Source: Candidatus Woesebacteria bacterium RIFCSPHIGHO2_01_FULL_39_32
GTDB taxonomy: Bacteria; Patescibacteriota; Microgenomatia; UBA8517
NCBI GenBank assembly: GCA_001792345.1
Contig: MGGJ01000009.1
Span: 3,711 to 67,710 of the forward strand
DNA: 64,000 nt
Direction of reading: 5' to 3'
Shown: in pieces, positions 46,687 to 57,215 of the stretch
Layout: each line of letters opens with the position of its first letter
Position numbering within the stretch: position 1 is the first letter of the stretch
The notes under the pieces: model-generated
What the model was told of the DNA's origin: nothing
The model's database searches: none
What the model saw: the letters and a program-made list of their open reading frames with translations, nothing else
Made by a program: the position numbers and the translations under genes

Positions 46687-47310
46687 ATGAAAACCAAAAA
46701 CTCACCGATCACCGATTCTGGTTTTACTTTAATCGAGGTCCTTATAACCTCCTCCATACTGGTCGTTCTTGGCGGTTTAGTTTTAACTCTAATTTATATT
46801 ACTACTCGAACTCGCCTCAGCACATTTCAAAACCTTATGAATGTTGACCAAACAAATTCACAGGTAAGTATTATGGTACGAGAATTACGAAACATCCAAA
46901 CTGGAGACAACGCGGCATACCCCCTTGAAAAAGCGCTGGATCAGGAAATTATTTTTTATTCCGACATGGACTACGATGGAGAAACCGAAAAAGTGCGTTA
47001 TACCCTCTCGGCAAATCAGTTTGTAAAAGGTGTAATAGAACCTGTCGGTTTCCCTGCAACATATCCATCGGCTAACGAAAAGGTTAAAATTCTTACTGAG
47101 GATGTAAGAAATGGAATCGATCCTATTTTTTATTATTATAATGGTGATTGGCCTGCAGATACACTCAATAATCCTTTGGCCCAACCGGTTCGTCTATCTG
47201 ACACTAAATTAATGAAGGTGTATCTCAAACTAAACACCGAAGATGATCCAAGTTCTGACTTTATTCTCGAATCCTATACTCAACTTAGAATATTAAAGGA
47301 AAATCTTTAA
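46687..47310 (+). CDS. Minor pilin (PilW-like)
   Basis: SG|FTLIEVL signal; RELRN motif. Confidence 0.85.
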   Translation: MKTKNSPITDSGFTLIEVLITSSILVVLGGLVLTLIYITTRTRLSTFQNLMNVDQTNSQVSIMVRELRNIQTGDNAAYPLEKALDQEIIFYSDMDYDGETEKVRYTLSANQFVKGVIEPVGFPATYPSANEKVKILTEDVRNGIDPIFYYYNGDWPADTLNNPLAQPVRLSDTKLMKVYLKLNTEDDPSSDFILESYTQLRILKENL

Positions 47311-47320
47311 AGAAATTGAT

Positions 47321-48754
47321 ATGATGAAAGTACCTGCCATGGTAAGAAGGATTTGGAAAGGCACAATTACACCTGCATTACTTGTCATAACCGGTGCTTT
47401 CTTGGTTGTACTATACGGAATCCTGTTTGTTTTAAGTTTGCAGTTTGACTACTCCAATAGACAAGTAGGTGGTGAGCAAGCATTACATGTTGCCGAAGCG
47501 GGAGTAAATTATTACCGTTGGCATCTGGCACATGATCCCGACGATTTTACCGACGGAACAGGACAAGCCGGTCCTTACGAGCATGAGTATTATGACCCTC
47601 AAGGTAATGCTGTTGGAAAGTATAGTCTTACAATTTCTCCGCCGGAGGAAGGTTCTTCCATAGTAACAATAAAATCAAACGGCTGGACATACCAGTATCC
47701 TAAAATAAAAAGAGCTGTAACTGTCCAATACGGAATACCCTCATTCGCTCGTTACTCATTCTTGTCAAACTCAAGTAGCTGGTATGGAAGTGGAATAACA
47801 GTTAATGGTTTGGTTCACTCAAATAACGGCATCAGAATGGACGGAACAAACACTTCACTGGTAACAAGTGCTCAAGAAACTTATATGTGTGGAAGTGAAA
47901 CGGGTTGTTCTCCGCCACAGCAGCGACCCGGCGTTTGGGGAAGTGGTGGAGATCAAGGCCTTTGGCAGTATCCAGTCACAGCGGTTGATTTTGATGAAAT
48001 TTCTCTTGATTTGACCAACATGAGAGATGCGGCTCAAACTGAAGGATTATATCTTGGACCATCAACAAAAAGTGGTTATCATATTATATTTTCCAGCAAT
48101 GGAACATTTACACTTAAGCGAGTGAATTCAACAAACTATATTCGAGGTTACAGTACACCAGGACAAGGTATCGGAGCAGAAGGACAAGGCGGTTGCAGAA
48201 GACTTTATCAACTAATAACAGGGGAAACAACACTCGGGACGTACAATGTTTCAGACACACCAATTGTTTTCGCAGAAGACGACCTTTGGGTAGAGGGGGC
48301 AATTCGAGGAAGAATTACAGTTGTATCAGCCTCTTTTCCAATACAATCAAGTCAAAGAGATATCTGGATTCGCAACAATCTTACTTACACGGCTTATGAC
48401 GGCAGCGATGTATTAGGATTGGTATCCCAAGATAATATATTTTTTATTCGAGACGTGCCGAATGATTTCAAAATCGATGCGGTTCTTATGGCACAAAAGG
48501 GGAAAATTATCCGCCATGGTTATTATTCATCCTGTAGTGGAACTTCCAGTGGCGCTGTAAAAAATAGTCTTACAATAAATGGAGCTCTAATCAATTACTA
48601 TAAATCCTACTGGAACTTTGTTTCTGGCTCAACTCTTGTCTCGGGCTTTACAACACGCACGATAAACTATGATACAAATCTTTTATACGCTCCCCCGCCT
48701 TATTTCCCAACTTCGGGCGAGTACGAATTTATATCCTGGAGAGAAGAAAGGTAA
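47321..48754 (+). CDS. PilX-like minor pilin/adhesin
   Basis: KG|TITPALL; ALHVAEAGVNY PilX_N motif; G.VHSN and PPPYFP motifs. Confidence 0.82.
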   Translation: MMKVPAMVRRIWKGTITPALLVITGAFLVVLYGILFVLSLQFDYSNRQVGGEQALHVAEAGVNYYRWHLAHDPDDFTDGTGQAGPYEHEYYDPQGNAVGKYSLTISPPEEGSSIVTIKSNGWTYQYPKIKRAVTVQYGIPSFARYSFLSNSSSWYGSGITVNGLVHSNNGIRMDGTNTSLVTSAQETYMCGSETGCSPPQQRPGVWGSGGDQGLWQYPVTAVDFDEISLDLTNMRDAAQTEGLYLGPSTKSGYHIIFSSNGTFTLKRVNSTNYIRGYSTPGQGIGAEGQGGCRRLYQLITGETTLGTYNVSDTPIVFAEDDLWVEGAIRGRITVVSASFPIQSSQRDIWIRNNLTYTAYDGSDVLGLVSQDNIFFIRDVPNDFKIDAVLMAQKGKIIRHGYYSSCSGTSSGAVKNSLTINGALINYYKSYWNFVSGSTLVSGFTTRTINYDTNLLYAPPPYFPTSGEYEFISWREER

Positions 48755-48756
48755 AT

Positions 48757-49062
48757 TTACTCCACACAGGTTGAATCATAAACAGCTGTTCCTTGACTAA
48801 CAACTTTCCCAAACAACTCACAAGTTTTGAGTTCATCTTTTTTAATTCCACCAGTAATCTCGGAGCTATCTTTTCTTCTTTCAAATTCCTCCTTAAAATA
48901 GTCGCTAATAGAAGAATCGCTGTCGGGCAAATTATTAAATTCTATATTGTTGACTGAAGTAGGAACGTTATTTCTTGGGGGTGTTTTTAGTGATCTAATA
49001 ATTAATATCGATGTGACAACTAATACAAGAGATAAAATAATGAAAACTAAATATCTTCGCAT
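48757..49062 (-). CDS. Small membrane-anchored hypothetical protein
   Basis: N-terminal TM helix; TAATG overlap with pilC. Confidence 0.6.
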   Translation of the reverse strand: MRRYLVFIILSLVLVVTSILIIRSLKTPPRNNVPTSVNNIEFNNLPDSDSSISDYFKEEFERRKDSSEITGGIKKDELKTCELFGKVVSQGTAVYDSTCVE

Positions 49063-50273
49063 TACAACCCACTTTCCAACCCTCCAACAATACTGTATAT
49101 CGGTGTAATTAGAAGAACTACCATAGCGCCTACCGCAACACCTATTATAAGCATAAGTAAAGGTTCGAGTAGAGCCGTGGCTCGTTTTAGTCCGTAATCA
49201 ACTTCCATTTCATAAAATGAAGCAAGTTCTTCAAGAACCACTTCCAAACTTCCCGTCTTTTCACCTGCTTTTATAGATTGAACCATAGTAATTGAAAATG
49301 AACGCTTCTTAGACGAAATTATATCTGAAAGTGATTCTCCTTTTGCTACTCCTTCACTAAATTCTTTGGCTTGCTTTCTCAAATGTGGCTGCTTTAATAC
49401 ATCAGAGCTTACATCCAGAGCAACCATGATTGGAACTCCACTTTTTAGTAAAGTTGAAAGTGTACGAGCAAAACGTGCTGTATCCAACTGATCCATTACT
49501 TTGGATATGACTGGAAGCTTTACCATATAAGAAAAAATAAAGGTTCGGCTTGCGCGTATTAGAAAAAGCAAAATTACAATAAAAATAATTGCAAAAAATA
49601 TTCCGAAAGTAAGTGCTAGGTTTGCTCCAACTGTCTTCCCAAAATTTAATACAAATTTAGTCACGGGAGGGATATCTGCGTTTAATGAAAGGAAAACGTC
49701 GGACATTTTCGGAAGGACAAATCCAAGCATGATAAATGCGTTAGCAATCATGGCACCAATAATAATTATCGGATACATCATCGAACTTTTAACTTTTTGG
49801 CTAAGCTCGTAACTCGTGAGGAGCTGTTTGGCAAGATAATCAAAAGACTTTTCAAGCGTACCAGATTCTTCTCCGGCTTTTACCATAGTTAGAAAAACCG
49901 CATCAAATTCCTTTTTGTAATTTGCAAGAACAGAAGATATAGTAGCACCTTTCTTGATATGAAATGATATATCAAAAAGAACCTCTTTAAGTTTTTTACT
50001 TTGGGTTTCCTGGCGGATGATATCCAAGGCCTCCGGGAGGGGAAGTCCTGCCCGAAGCATAGTTGCCATGAAGCGACAAAAAGCAGCTTTTTCTGCTATA
50101 GAAATGCCTCCTCCAAAGATATTAATGTCCTTTCTTCCAAGACCCTTTATTGAAAATATCTGATATTCGTCAGATTTTAAAAGTGACGCCGCCTCGCGTC
50201 TTGTCGCAGCCTGAATGACGTCCTCAATTATCTCTCCTTTTTTATTTTTAGCTTTGTACTTATAGAGTGGCAT
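49062..50273 (-). CDS. pilC: Type IV pilus platform protein (T2SS F family)
   Basis: YKYKA, AGLPL, GEESGTL, YP, GEKTGSL and LEP motifs. Confidence 0.95.
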   Translation of the reverse strand: MPLYKYKAKNKKGEIIEDVIQAATRREAASLLKSDEYQIFSIKGLGRKDINIFGGGISIAEKAAFCRFMATMLRAGLPLPEALDIIRQETQSKKLKEVLFDISFHIKKGATISSVLANYKKEFDAVFLTMVKAGEESGTLEKSFDYLAKQLLTSYELSQKVKSSMMYPIIIIGAMIANAFIMLGFVLPKMSDVFLSLNADIPPVTKFVLNFGKTVGANLALTFGIFFAIIFIVILLFLIRASRTFIFSYMVKLPVISKVMDQLDTARFARTLSTLLKSGVPIMVALDVSSDVLKQPHLRKQAKEFSEGVAKGESLSDIISSKKRSFSITMVQSIKAGEKTGSLEVVLEELASFYEMEVDYGLKRATALLEPLLMLIIGVAVGAMVVLLITPIYSIVGGLESGL

Positions 50274-50333
50274 ATATATTTCAGACTTTCTTTTAGGAAA
50301 CGTAAGTCTGGTAAAGAAAAAAACAAAAATTAC

Positions 50334-52022
50334 TTAGTTTTCTCGAACAACCCTTAATACTTCCTCAATTGTGGTCAACCCAGAAGAAACTTTATCGAGA
50401 CCATCCTGAAGCATTGTAACCATCCCCTCGGCAACTGCCTCTTTTTGGATTTCGTCGCTCGTTGCTTTTTGAGTAATTAAAATTCTTATTTTTTCTGTGA
50501 CGGCAAGAACCTCATATATTCCGATTCTCCCAGTATAACCCTTGTGGTTACATTGCTCGCAACCTTGGCCTCTATAGAATTTTTGTTCTCCAAGATCAAT
50601 TCCCAAGTCTTTGGAAAGCTTTTTTCGGACTACTTCCTCGGGAGAATATTTAACGATACAGTTAGAGCAAATTTTTCGAACCAGCCGCTGAGCAATAATT
50701 GCATTAACAGTTGAGGCCAGTAAAAAATCCTCTGCACCCATGTCCAAAAATCGCGGAATTGCACCTGCTGCTGTATTTGTATGAAGAGTTGACAAAACCA
50801 AATGTCCGGTGAGTGCGGAGTGTATCGCAATCTCAGCCGTTTCTTTGTCTCGTATCTCCCCTACCATAATAATATCAGGATCATGCCGCATAAGAGCCCG
50901 AAGTCCTGTAGAAAACTCCAATCCTGTTTTGGGATTTACCTGAAATTGTGTAACTCTACCTATCGCATATTCAATTGGGTCCTCAATGGTACAAATCTTT
51001 ACCTCTATGGTATTTAAAATATTCAATATTGAATACAATGTCGTTGTCTTTCCTGATCCCGTTGGACCTGTTACAAGAATCATTCCGTAAGGCCTTGTAA
51101 TATTTTCCCGAATAATTTCTAAGTTGTGACCGGTTAATCCCAGCTCCTCAAGAGACAGAGGTCTATTTGTTTCTTGCAAAAGTCGCATAACAACGTTTTC
51201 CCCATAAAACCCAGGAATTATTGAAATTCTTAGAGATATTACGTCGTCATCGAGTAGAAATTTATATCTACCATCCTGAGGAATTCTGTGTTCATCTATT
51301 TTTAAATTTGAAAGAATTTTTATTCTAGCTATAAGAGCCGTCTCTATCCCTCTCGGAAACTTAACAATATCCCTGAGCACCCCATCAATCCTAAATCGTA
51401 CTACAACTTCTCCTTCTTGTACTTCAATATGAATATCTGATGAACGCTCTGATATAGCGTATCCTAATATCGTGTCGAAAATTTTTACAATTGGGACCTT
51501 TTCGGCTGCTTTTGCAAGATCTTCTTCATCGCTCCCTGGGGCTACACGTTTTATATTTTCTGCTATTATTTTTTCAAAGTCCTCCTTTATTCCCTTTTTA
51601 TATTGCCCTAGTGCTTTGACTATATCGTCACGAGTAGAATAATAGCTTTCTATTTCGAGTCCGGTGTGGCGTTTTGCGAACTCCATTGCCTCGAAGTCTT
51701 CAGGGTTTTCCATAGCAAGCTTAAGTACACCTGCCTCTTTTTCAAAAGGAACAATCCTGTAGACTCGTGCCATTTTTTCGGGGATGAGGGAAAGAACCTC
51801 GGGGGGAATATTTAAGCGACGGACATTACCAAATGGAACATTAAAATGTTCAGCTATGAGCTTCCCGACAGTTTCTTCGTTAATTAAACCCCTAAAAATT
51901 AATACGTCAATGGGTTCTTTTGCAAGTTCAGTCGCGGTTTTCGCAGCTTGATCAAATTCTTTTTCGCTTACAAATCCACTTCCAACAATTATCTTTTTAA
52001 GTGTTTCTGTTGTTAACTGCAT
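50334..52022 (-). CDS. pilB: Type IV pilus assembly ATPase (GspE/PulE)
   Basis: SDIHIE, PQDGR, GPTGSGKTTT, EDPIE, RHDPD, LTGHLV.STLH and tetracysteine motifs. Confidence 0.96.
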   Translation of the reverse strand: MQLTTETLKKIIVGSGFVSEKEFDQAAKTATELAKEPIDVLIFRGLINEETVGKLIAEHFNVPFGNVRRLNIPPEVLSLIPEKMARVYRIVPFEKEAGVLKLAMENPEDFEAMEFAKRHTGLEIESYYSTRDDIVKALGQYKKGIKEDFEKIIAENIKRVAPGSDEEDLAKAAEKVPIVKIFDTILGYAISERSSDIHIEVQEGEVVVRFRIDGVLRDIVKFPRGIETALIARIKILSNLKIDEHRIPQDGRYKFLLDDDVISLRISIIPGFYGENVVMRLLQETNRPLSLEELGLTGHNLEIIRENITRPYGMILVTGPTGSGKTTTLYSILNILNTIEVKICTIEDPIEYAIGRVTQFQVNPKTGLEFSTGLRALMRHDPDIIMVGEIRDKETAEIAIHSALTGHLVLSTLHTNTAAGAIPRFLDMGAEDFLLASTVNAIIAQRLVRKICSNCIVKYSPEEVVRKKLSKDLGIDLGEQKFYRGQGCEQCNHKGYTGRIGIYEVLAVTEKIRILITQKATSDEIQKEAVAEGMVTMLQDGLDKVSSGLTTIEEVLRVVREN

Positions 52023-52107
52023 GGGCGGGGTTTGATAATTCCATTATATATGATAAGTGAGGCATAGAAAAAGAAGCTAACTTCACACCTCAAAAGAATT
52101 AGGTAAA

Positions 52108-52791
52108 CTACTTCTTTATCTTTTGATACCAATCGGTTAGTGCTTTCGAAACCAAATCTTTTGCTCCAAGACCAACTGATAGCCCCACAATTAGAACAAT
52201 TGTATAGGTCAAACCTTGGAAAAAAGTCGCAATGAGACCCTGGGCAATTTGCAGTTGATCAACAGCCGCAAAAAATGTAACCAAAATTACAAGGAAGCGG
52301 GATAGTTTTGAAACCGGTTTTGCGACTTCATGATCTACTGAAGTCAGTGCGCCGCGAACAAGGGTTTCCACAAGTCTTGCAACATAGTATCCTGCCCCGA
52401 ATATTAAAGCAGCGGCTAAAATATTGGGAATATAGGATAGAACTTGGGTAAGCACAACCGAAACGCTAGATAGTCCCAGAATGTCTGTAGCAGCCAGGAA
52501 AAAAACCAGTATTATAAGCCATTGAGCAAATACTCCTAGGATTTCGGCTAGATTTAACTTAACATCAGCTTTTTTCAAAAATTGTTCAATTCCTAAAGAG
52601 CCTGAAAGTTTTTCGATTCTTAAAACTCCCAAAACTTCCATTATTAATCGTTTTACCCAATAGGCTAGAATTAGTCCAATTGCAAAAACTACAACAGCCC
52701 CCAATACTGCCGGCAGGATAGTCAAAAATGAAGTCCAAACCTGGTCCCAGGCAGATATTAGTGCTTCTTGCCAAACATTTACTCCTCTCAT
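52108..52791 (-). CDS. Mechanosensitive-channel TM-helix repeat protein (CmpX-like)
   Basis: Two LP.vlgA / YIPNILAA repeats; SD GAGGGGGGTGA before ATG 52791. Confidence 0.85.
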   Translation of the reverse strand: MRGVNVWQEALISAWDQVWTSFLTILPAVLGAVVVFAIGLILAYWVKRLIMEVLGVLRIEKLSGSLGIEQFLKKADVKLNLAEILGVFAQWLIILVFFLAATDILGLSSVSVVLTQVLSYIPNILAAALIFGAGYYVARLVETLVRGALTSVDHEVAKPVSKLSRFLVILVTFFAAVDQLQIAQGLIATFFQGLTYTIVLIVGLSVGLGAKDLVSKALTDWYQKIKK

Positions 52792-52878
52792 TAATTTACT
52801 CACCCCCCTCCAATCTAAAGTTATTTTTGCTTATTTTTCACGAAATTGCAAGACTATAAGGTAAAAGGGGGTTAAATC

Positions 52879-52906
52879 AAAAAATCCACCCATTGGTGGA
52901 TTTTTT
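52879..52906. terminator. Intrinsic terminator downstream of rnpB (bidirectional)
   Basis: AAAAAATCCACC-CATT-GGTGGATTTTTT. Confidence 0.85.
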
Positions 52907-52909
52907 AGT

Positions 52910-53211
52910 CTCTGGAGGCTAGTAAGCCAGGTTCTGTTTCTCGACGGTAATCTGTCTAGTGCCCTTCATTGGAACTTGGGAAGGCATCCTTAAAACGTCC
53001 CGGTCGAAGGTTGCAGCGGAGGGGATTGCCCTTTTCACTCGTGTTCTTTTACCTTTAGGGTAAAAGAGTCGACATAGTCTCTGTTGCTCTAACCAGCCCT
53101 TTCGGGTCACGGCTTACGCCGCGTCTCCTGCCTTCTGCTGCCTGGACTTTCCTGACCATTAGATAGCGAGTATTCGCTTTATCTCACAGCCTAACCGTCC
53201 TTCCTCCAGAG
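52910..53211 (-). ncRNA. rnpB: RNase P RNA (compact, ~300 nt)
   Basis: AGGAAAGUCC and ACAGAACCUGGCUUA (P4 strands), AACAGAGA, GUGAAA and UAGA conserved regions; P1 CUCUGGAG/CUCCAGAG. Confidence 0.95.
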
Positions 53212-53218
53212 CAACGAT

Positions 53219-53247
53219 ATTATATCAAAATGAGGTCAATTTCTCAA
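53219..53247 (-). promoter_or_regulatory. Sigma70-type promoter of rnpB
   Basis: TTGAGA (53247-53242), 17-bp spacer, TATAAT (53224-53219). Confidence 0.75.
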
Positions 53248-53272
53248 GTTTACGGTACAATGAATAATCAAA

Positions 53273-54505
53273 ATGGAAGTGAAAAAAATCGATTTTTTTA
53301 AATCCTTTTTACTAGTGGGATTAGTTATCTTGCCTCTTTTTTACTGGCCGTCGGCTCCGATTCCATATGAGCTTCCTAAAGTCTACTTTGTAGATAGATG
53401 GATAGAAATGCTAGTGGTATTAGGGGTTGTAACAAATTTAAATCGTCTACAAAAAGAAAAATTGGACATGCTACTTATTATACTTGTCGGAAGCTTTCTA
53501 ATTATTGCAGCAACGTCTTCGTATCTTGGAGTTAATTTTCAAAAAAGCATCTTCGGTAATCATTACAGAAGTGACGGATTAATAACGCTAAGTCACCTTG
53601 TAGGACTTTTCTTAACTGTATTAGTTTTTGTAAAAAAGGATTGGATTAAAGACATCGCTTTCTCAATTTCACTGGGTGCGTTTTTGGTAAGCATTTGGGC
53701 TTTATTTGATTCATTTAAACTTTATGTATTGAATGTCATTTCGGTTCCTAATTGGGACGGAGCAATAGGAGTAAGTTTTGGTAATCCTAATTTCCTTGCA
53801 GGCTATCTGGTTGTAACTCTTCCTTTTACAGCATATGTCATAAATTATTTTGAAAGACCGAAAAAACTTTTATATTTTGTGTTCATTACTCAAATTGTAG
53901 CGATTTTAGCCACCCGTGCATTGGCGGGAATCTTGGGTGTTTTAGTGTTTTTTTTCTTACTTTTGTTCTTTCAAAAAACGAGGTATCACAAGATTTTTTT
54001 GTCTCTCACTATGGTACTCCTTTCAATGGTGTCATTTGTATTCATCTCCCAGATTAAAGACCAAAGAATTGATCGGCTTTTTGCAGCAGAAGGTCGTGAG
54101 AGGATTATCCGAAAAGGTCTTTTGGCATTTGAGAAACGTCCTATTTTGGGATGGGGTTGGGCGAACTTCGACTATGCTTTTGACTCTGTAGTTTGGCCTG
54201 TCAGACTAGATCACGATGTTTATGTCGATAAAGCGCATTCCCTTTTTCTTGAAATATTAGTTAGCACCGGAATTATCGGTTTTATATTTTATAGTGCAAC
54301 TATCTTTAGATCTTTTACAAATCTGCTTAAGATGAAAGATTTTCAAAATCCTCTAATTTATGTTTTAATTCTTTTTATTGTTCACTCGCAAACAAATATT
54401 ATATCAATCGGTGAAGAGATAATATTTTGGACTGTGTTAGGAATTTCAGCGAAGAAATTTAAAAATAGTTATTTACCTAACTTATCAACCGAGAAGTACT
54501 CATGA
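53273..54505 (+). CDS. O-antigen ligase / Wzy_C family polytopic protein
   Basis: FGNPNFLAGYL, R...RP.LGWG..NF and AHS.FLE....GIIG motifs. Confidence 0.88.
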   Translation: MEVKKIDFFKSFLLVGLVILPLFYWPSAPIPYELPKVYFVDRWIEMLVVLGVVTNLNRLQKEKLDMLLIILVGSFLIIAATSSYLGVNFQKSIFGNHYRSDGLITLSHLVGLFLTVLVFVKKDWIKDIAFSISLGAFLVSIWALFDSFKLYVLNVISVPNWDGAIGVSFGNPNFLAGYLVVTLPFTAYVINYFERPKKLLYFVFITQIVAILATRALAGILGVLVFFFLLLFFQKTRYHKIFLSLTMVLLSMVSFVFISQIKDQRIDRLFAAEGRERIIRKGLLAFEKRPILGWGWANFDYAFDSVVWPVRLDHDVYVDKAHSLFLEILVSTGIIGFIFYSATIFRSFTNLLKMKDFQNPLIYVLILFIVHSQTNIISIGEEIIFWTVLGISAKKFKNSYLPNLSTEKYS

Positions 54506-55461
54506 AGGATTACTCTCAAGGTAATTAGTACTGGTACCGAAAGCATGGCTCCCACTATTCCTCCTAATCTAAAACCAATTAAAAGAGCCAAAAGAGTCAC
54601 AACCGGACTTATCCCGACCGATTTTTCCATTATCTTTGGAACAAAAAAATAGTTCTCCACTTGTTGAACCAAAAATGATAATGCTAAAACTGCAAGTCCA
54701 GTTATAGGCGATATCCCAAAACCAACTACTATAGCGGGAATCGCAGCTACTACAGGACCTATATTTGGAATTACTTCTAAAAATCCTGATAGAACCGCAA
54801 GTGGCACCGCATATGGTATCCTCAACAACCTTAAACCCACGTAAGTAGAAATTCCCACCAAAAACATCAACGCTAGTTGTCCTCTTGTCCACCCACCCAA
54901 CTCTATCTCCAGTCGATCTAATATCGTCTCAACTCGCTTTGCTTGATTGGAGGCTAGGATAATTCGAAGTTGATCGGCCAACTTTTCTCTGGCAATAGAA
55001 AAATATAAAGATATGATTAGAACAGCAAAAACGGTCAAAATATTAGAAAAAATCGAAACTCCGATTTTTAATATCTGAGATGAGATACTTCCAATTTCGG
55101 AAGTAATTTCGGTAGTGATCTGTTCAATTAGATACTCAGGTATCTGCAATCTCTCAAGAAATATGGGAAAGTTAGTAGCAAAATTTCTACTTTGTTCAAC
55201 TAGCGGACTTATCACAGTCCCTATAGAAAAAATCAATAATGCCGCACCAGTAAGATATACAATTATTACAGACATACCTCTTGGGATTTTCAGACGACTC
55301 AGTTTTTTTACGGCCGGATTTAAAATTGTTGCTATAAGAATAGAAATAAAGAATAAAAGTATAATATCTAAGATCGAATATAAAAACCAAAGAAATATTA
55401 AGAAAAATACCGTAAATATTATTGTTTTATGGGAGATTTCAATTTTTCTTGGCATTGCCAT
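54469..55461 (-). CDS. AI-2E family transporter
   Basis: IPNIGP, QQVEN...PKIM and G.LGGIVGAML.VP motifs. Confidence 0.92.
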   Translation of the reverse strand: MAMPRKIEISHKTIIFTVFFLIFLWFLYSILDIILLFFISILIATILNPAVKKLSRLKIPRGMSVIIVYLTGAALLIFSIGTVISPLVEQSRNFATNFPIFLERLQIPEYLIEQITTEITSEIGSISSQILKIGVSIFSNILTVFAVLIISLYFSIAREKLADQLRIILASNQAKRVETILDRLEIELGGWTRGQLALMFLVGISTYVGLRLLRIPYAVPLAVLSGFLEVIPNIGPVVAAIPAIVVGFGISPITGLAVLALSFLVQQVENYFFVPKIMEKSVGISPVVTLLALLIGFRLGGIVGAMLSVPVLITLRVILHEYFSVDKLGK

Positions 55462-56419
55462 TATAGTACCAACTTCTTACCAACTTTTCCACGTCCTTCT
55501 GCAAATGGCTCTTATCAAAATCAAACCATTTAATTCTTTTATCCTTCTTAAACCATGTGATCTGTCTCTTCGCATAATTTTTCTCTGATAGAAACCACCG
55601 CTTCATAGCTTCATTTTTGCTTTCTTTCTCCAGAATATAAGACTTCAACTGTCTATAACCAAGCGAGCCCATCGACTGATGCTCCCAGGAAATTCCCTTC
55701 AAAAGTAATTTCATTATCTCCTCTTCTATTCCCTCTTGTAATCTTTTTTCTATTCTTCTTGAGATTACCGAATTAAAACTCTCTCTGGGCATAGTTAAAC
55801 CAATCATTAATATATCTCGTTTCTCTTTATACTTTTCTATTTGCTTTTTTCTCTTATGCAATACTCTCCAAAGTGCTACTTCTATCGCGCGAATAAGCCT
55901 TCTGGGATTTTTTCTGTCCGAGATATTAAGAGATGCGGCCCGAGTAGAGTCGAGCTGAGCCAAATTTTCAAAAAGGTCATCTACATTTTTACCCTCTAAT
56001 CTTTTTCTTATCTTTGAGTTTTTTGGGATTATAGCGGTGGGAATTCCATCTACTATACTTTTAATGTAAAGTCCTGTTCCTCCAACAAGAATTGGTAATT
56101 TTCCTCTTTTTTCTATGTCAAAAATAATTTTTTTAGCGATTTCAACATACTTTGATACGCTAAATTCCTCCTTTGGTGAGACCAAATCATATCCCCATAT
56201 TCGTATGTGGTTTTTGGTTTCCCAAAAACCAATTGGAAATTTCGCAAGGTGCCACTTGGAACCTTGCGGTAAGTCTTTGCCTGTCCCTATATCCATATTT
56301 TTATAAACCTGTCTAGAATCAGCAGAGACGATCTCTCCGTTAAATTTCTTGGCCAATAAAAGTGCCAAAGACGTCTTTCCTGTAGCCGTAGGTCCGCAAA
56401 TGACTAGAAGCTTTTTCAT
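55439..56419 (-). CDS. miaA: tRNA dimethylallyltransferase
   Basis: GPTATGKT, DSRQVY, GGTGLY and YAKRQ.TWF motifs; start ATG 56419. Confidence 0.96.
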   Translation of the reverse strand: MKKLLVICGPTATGKTSLALLLAKKFNGEIVSADSRQVYKNMDIGTGKDLPQGSKWHLAKFPIGFWETKNHIRIWGYDLVSPKEEFSVSKYVEIAKKIIFDIEKRGKLPILVGGTGLYIKSIVDGIPTAIIPKNSKIRKRLEGKNVDDLFENLAQLDSTRAASLNISDRKNPRRLIRAIEVALWRVLHKRKKQIEKYKEKRDILMIGLTMPRESFNSVISRRIEKRLQEGIEEEIMKLLLKGISWEHQSMGSLGYRQLKSYILEKESKNEAMKRWFLSEKNYAKRQITWFKKDKRIKWFDFDKSHLQKDVEKLVRSWYYNGNAKKN

Positions 56420-56420
56420 T

Positions 56421-57215
56421 TTAGGAAGAAGCACTCGTATATTTTTTAAGCGCAAAATTCCAAAATCGAAGTGCGACAAACATAAATACTCCTCCAATTA
56501 CTATCGCCGAAAGTAATCCTTGAAAGTTTACAAGTCCCATAAAAGCTTTTGCAGGAAACGTCATCATTATGGCAACGGGGATGAAATAAGTTAAAATTCC
56601 TTTCAAAGGCTCCTTATAGATATCAATAGGAAATCTTCCCATTGCCGTAATATCTCGATAAATCATTATTGAATGATCAACCTCCAAAGTGATTATTCCG
56701 AAAGAAATTACTATTATATGAAATGCCGTTGTTATCAAAAGTCCTGTCAAAAGCAATAGAAGATAAATAAAAACTTGAAAAGGTGTTGGTGAAAGTAAAT
56801 TCCCAACATAACTTGTTGCAGCATAAAGAGGCGGAAGAGTAATTAAGTCAATTACATCCGCTCCTCCCATTAAAACTCTAAATAAAGCGCTCATTGGCTT
56901 TGCCAAAATAAGGTCAAAGTCTCCTGTTACAACATATGTGCGAAACCTATAAACTTCCCTGAAAAAAAATTGAGACGTTGTATCAATAATCATAAATGAT
57001 AAGAAGAAAAAAATTGATTGAGTCGAATTATAACCCGCAAGATTTTCTGCCCCACTGACCAAAAAGAATAAAAAGGCAATAAAGAATAAAAATCGCAGAA
57101 CTTTACCAATTAAAAAAATTAACAGCACACTTTTTTGATTAAGAACCATTAGAAAAGAATTCTTACTCATAAAAAGCCAAATTTTAAAATAGTAAAATAA
57201 TCTTCTAACGTCCAT
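56421..57215 (-). CDS. ABC-2 family permease (DUF990-like)
   Basis: G.FD..L.KP and FP..IY motifs; multi-TM. Confidence 0.88.
   Translation of the reverse strand: MDVRRLFYYFKIWLFMSKNSFLMVLNQKSVLLIFLIGKVLRFLFFIAFLFFLVSGAENLAGYNSTQSIFFFLSFMIIDTTSQFFFREVYRFRTYVVTGDFDLILAKPMSALFRVLMGGADVIDLITLPPLYAATSYVGNLLSPTPFQVFIYLLLLLTGLLITTAFHIIVISFGIITLEVDHSIMIYRDITAMGRFPIDIYKEPLKGILTYFIPVAIMMTFPAKAFMGLVNFQGLLSAIVIGGVFMFVALRFWNFALKKYTSASS

Noticed and set aside
52919-53110. 63 aa ORF
   Set aside because: Lies entirely within the RNase P RNA gene.
54469-55461. AI-2E transporter as part of the signalling cassette
   Set aside because: About 17 kb away, in a miaA operon; the family is ubiquitous and not specific for AI-2.
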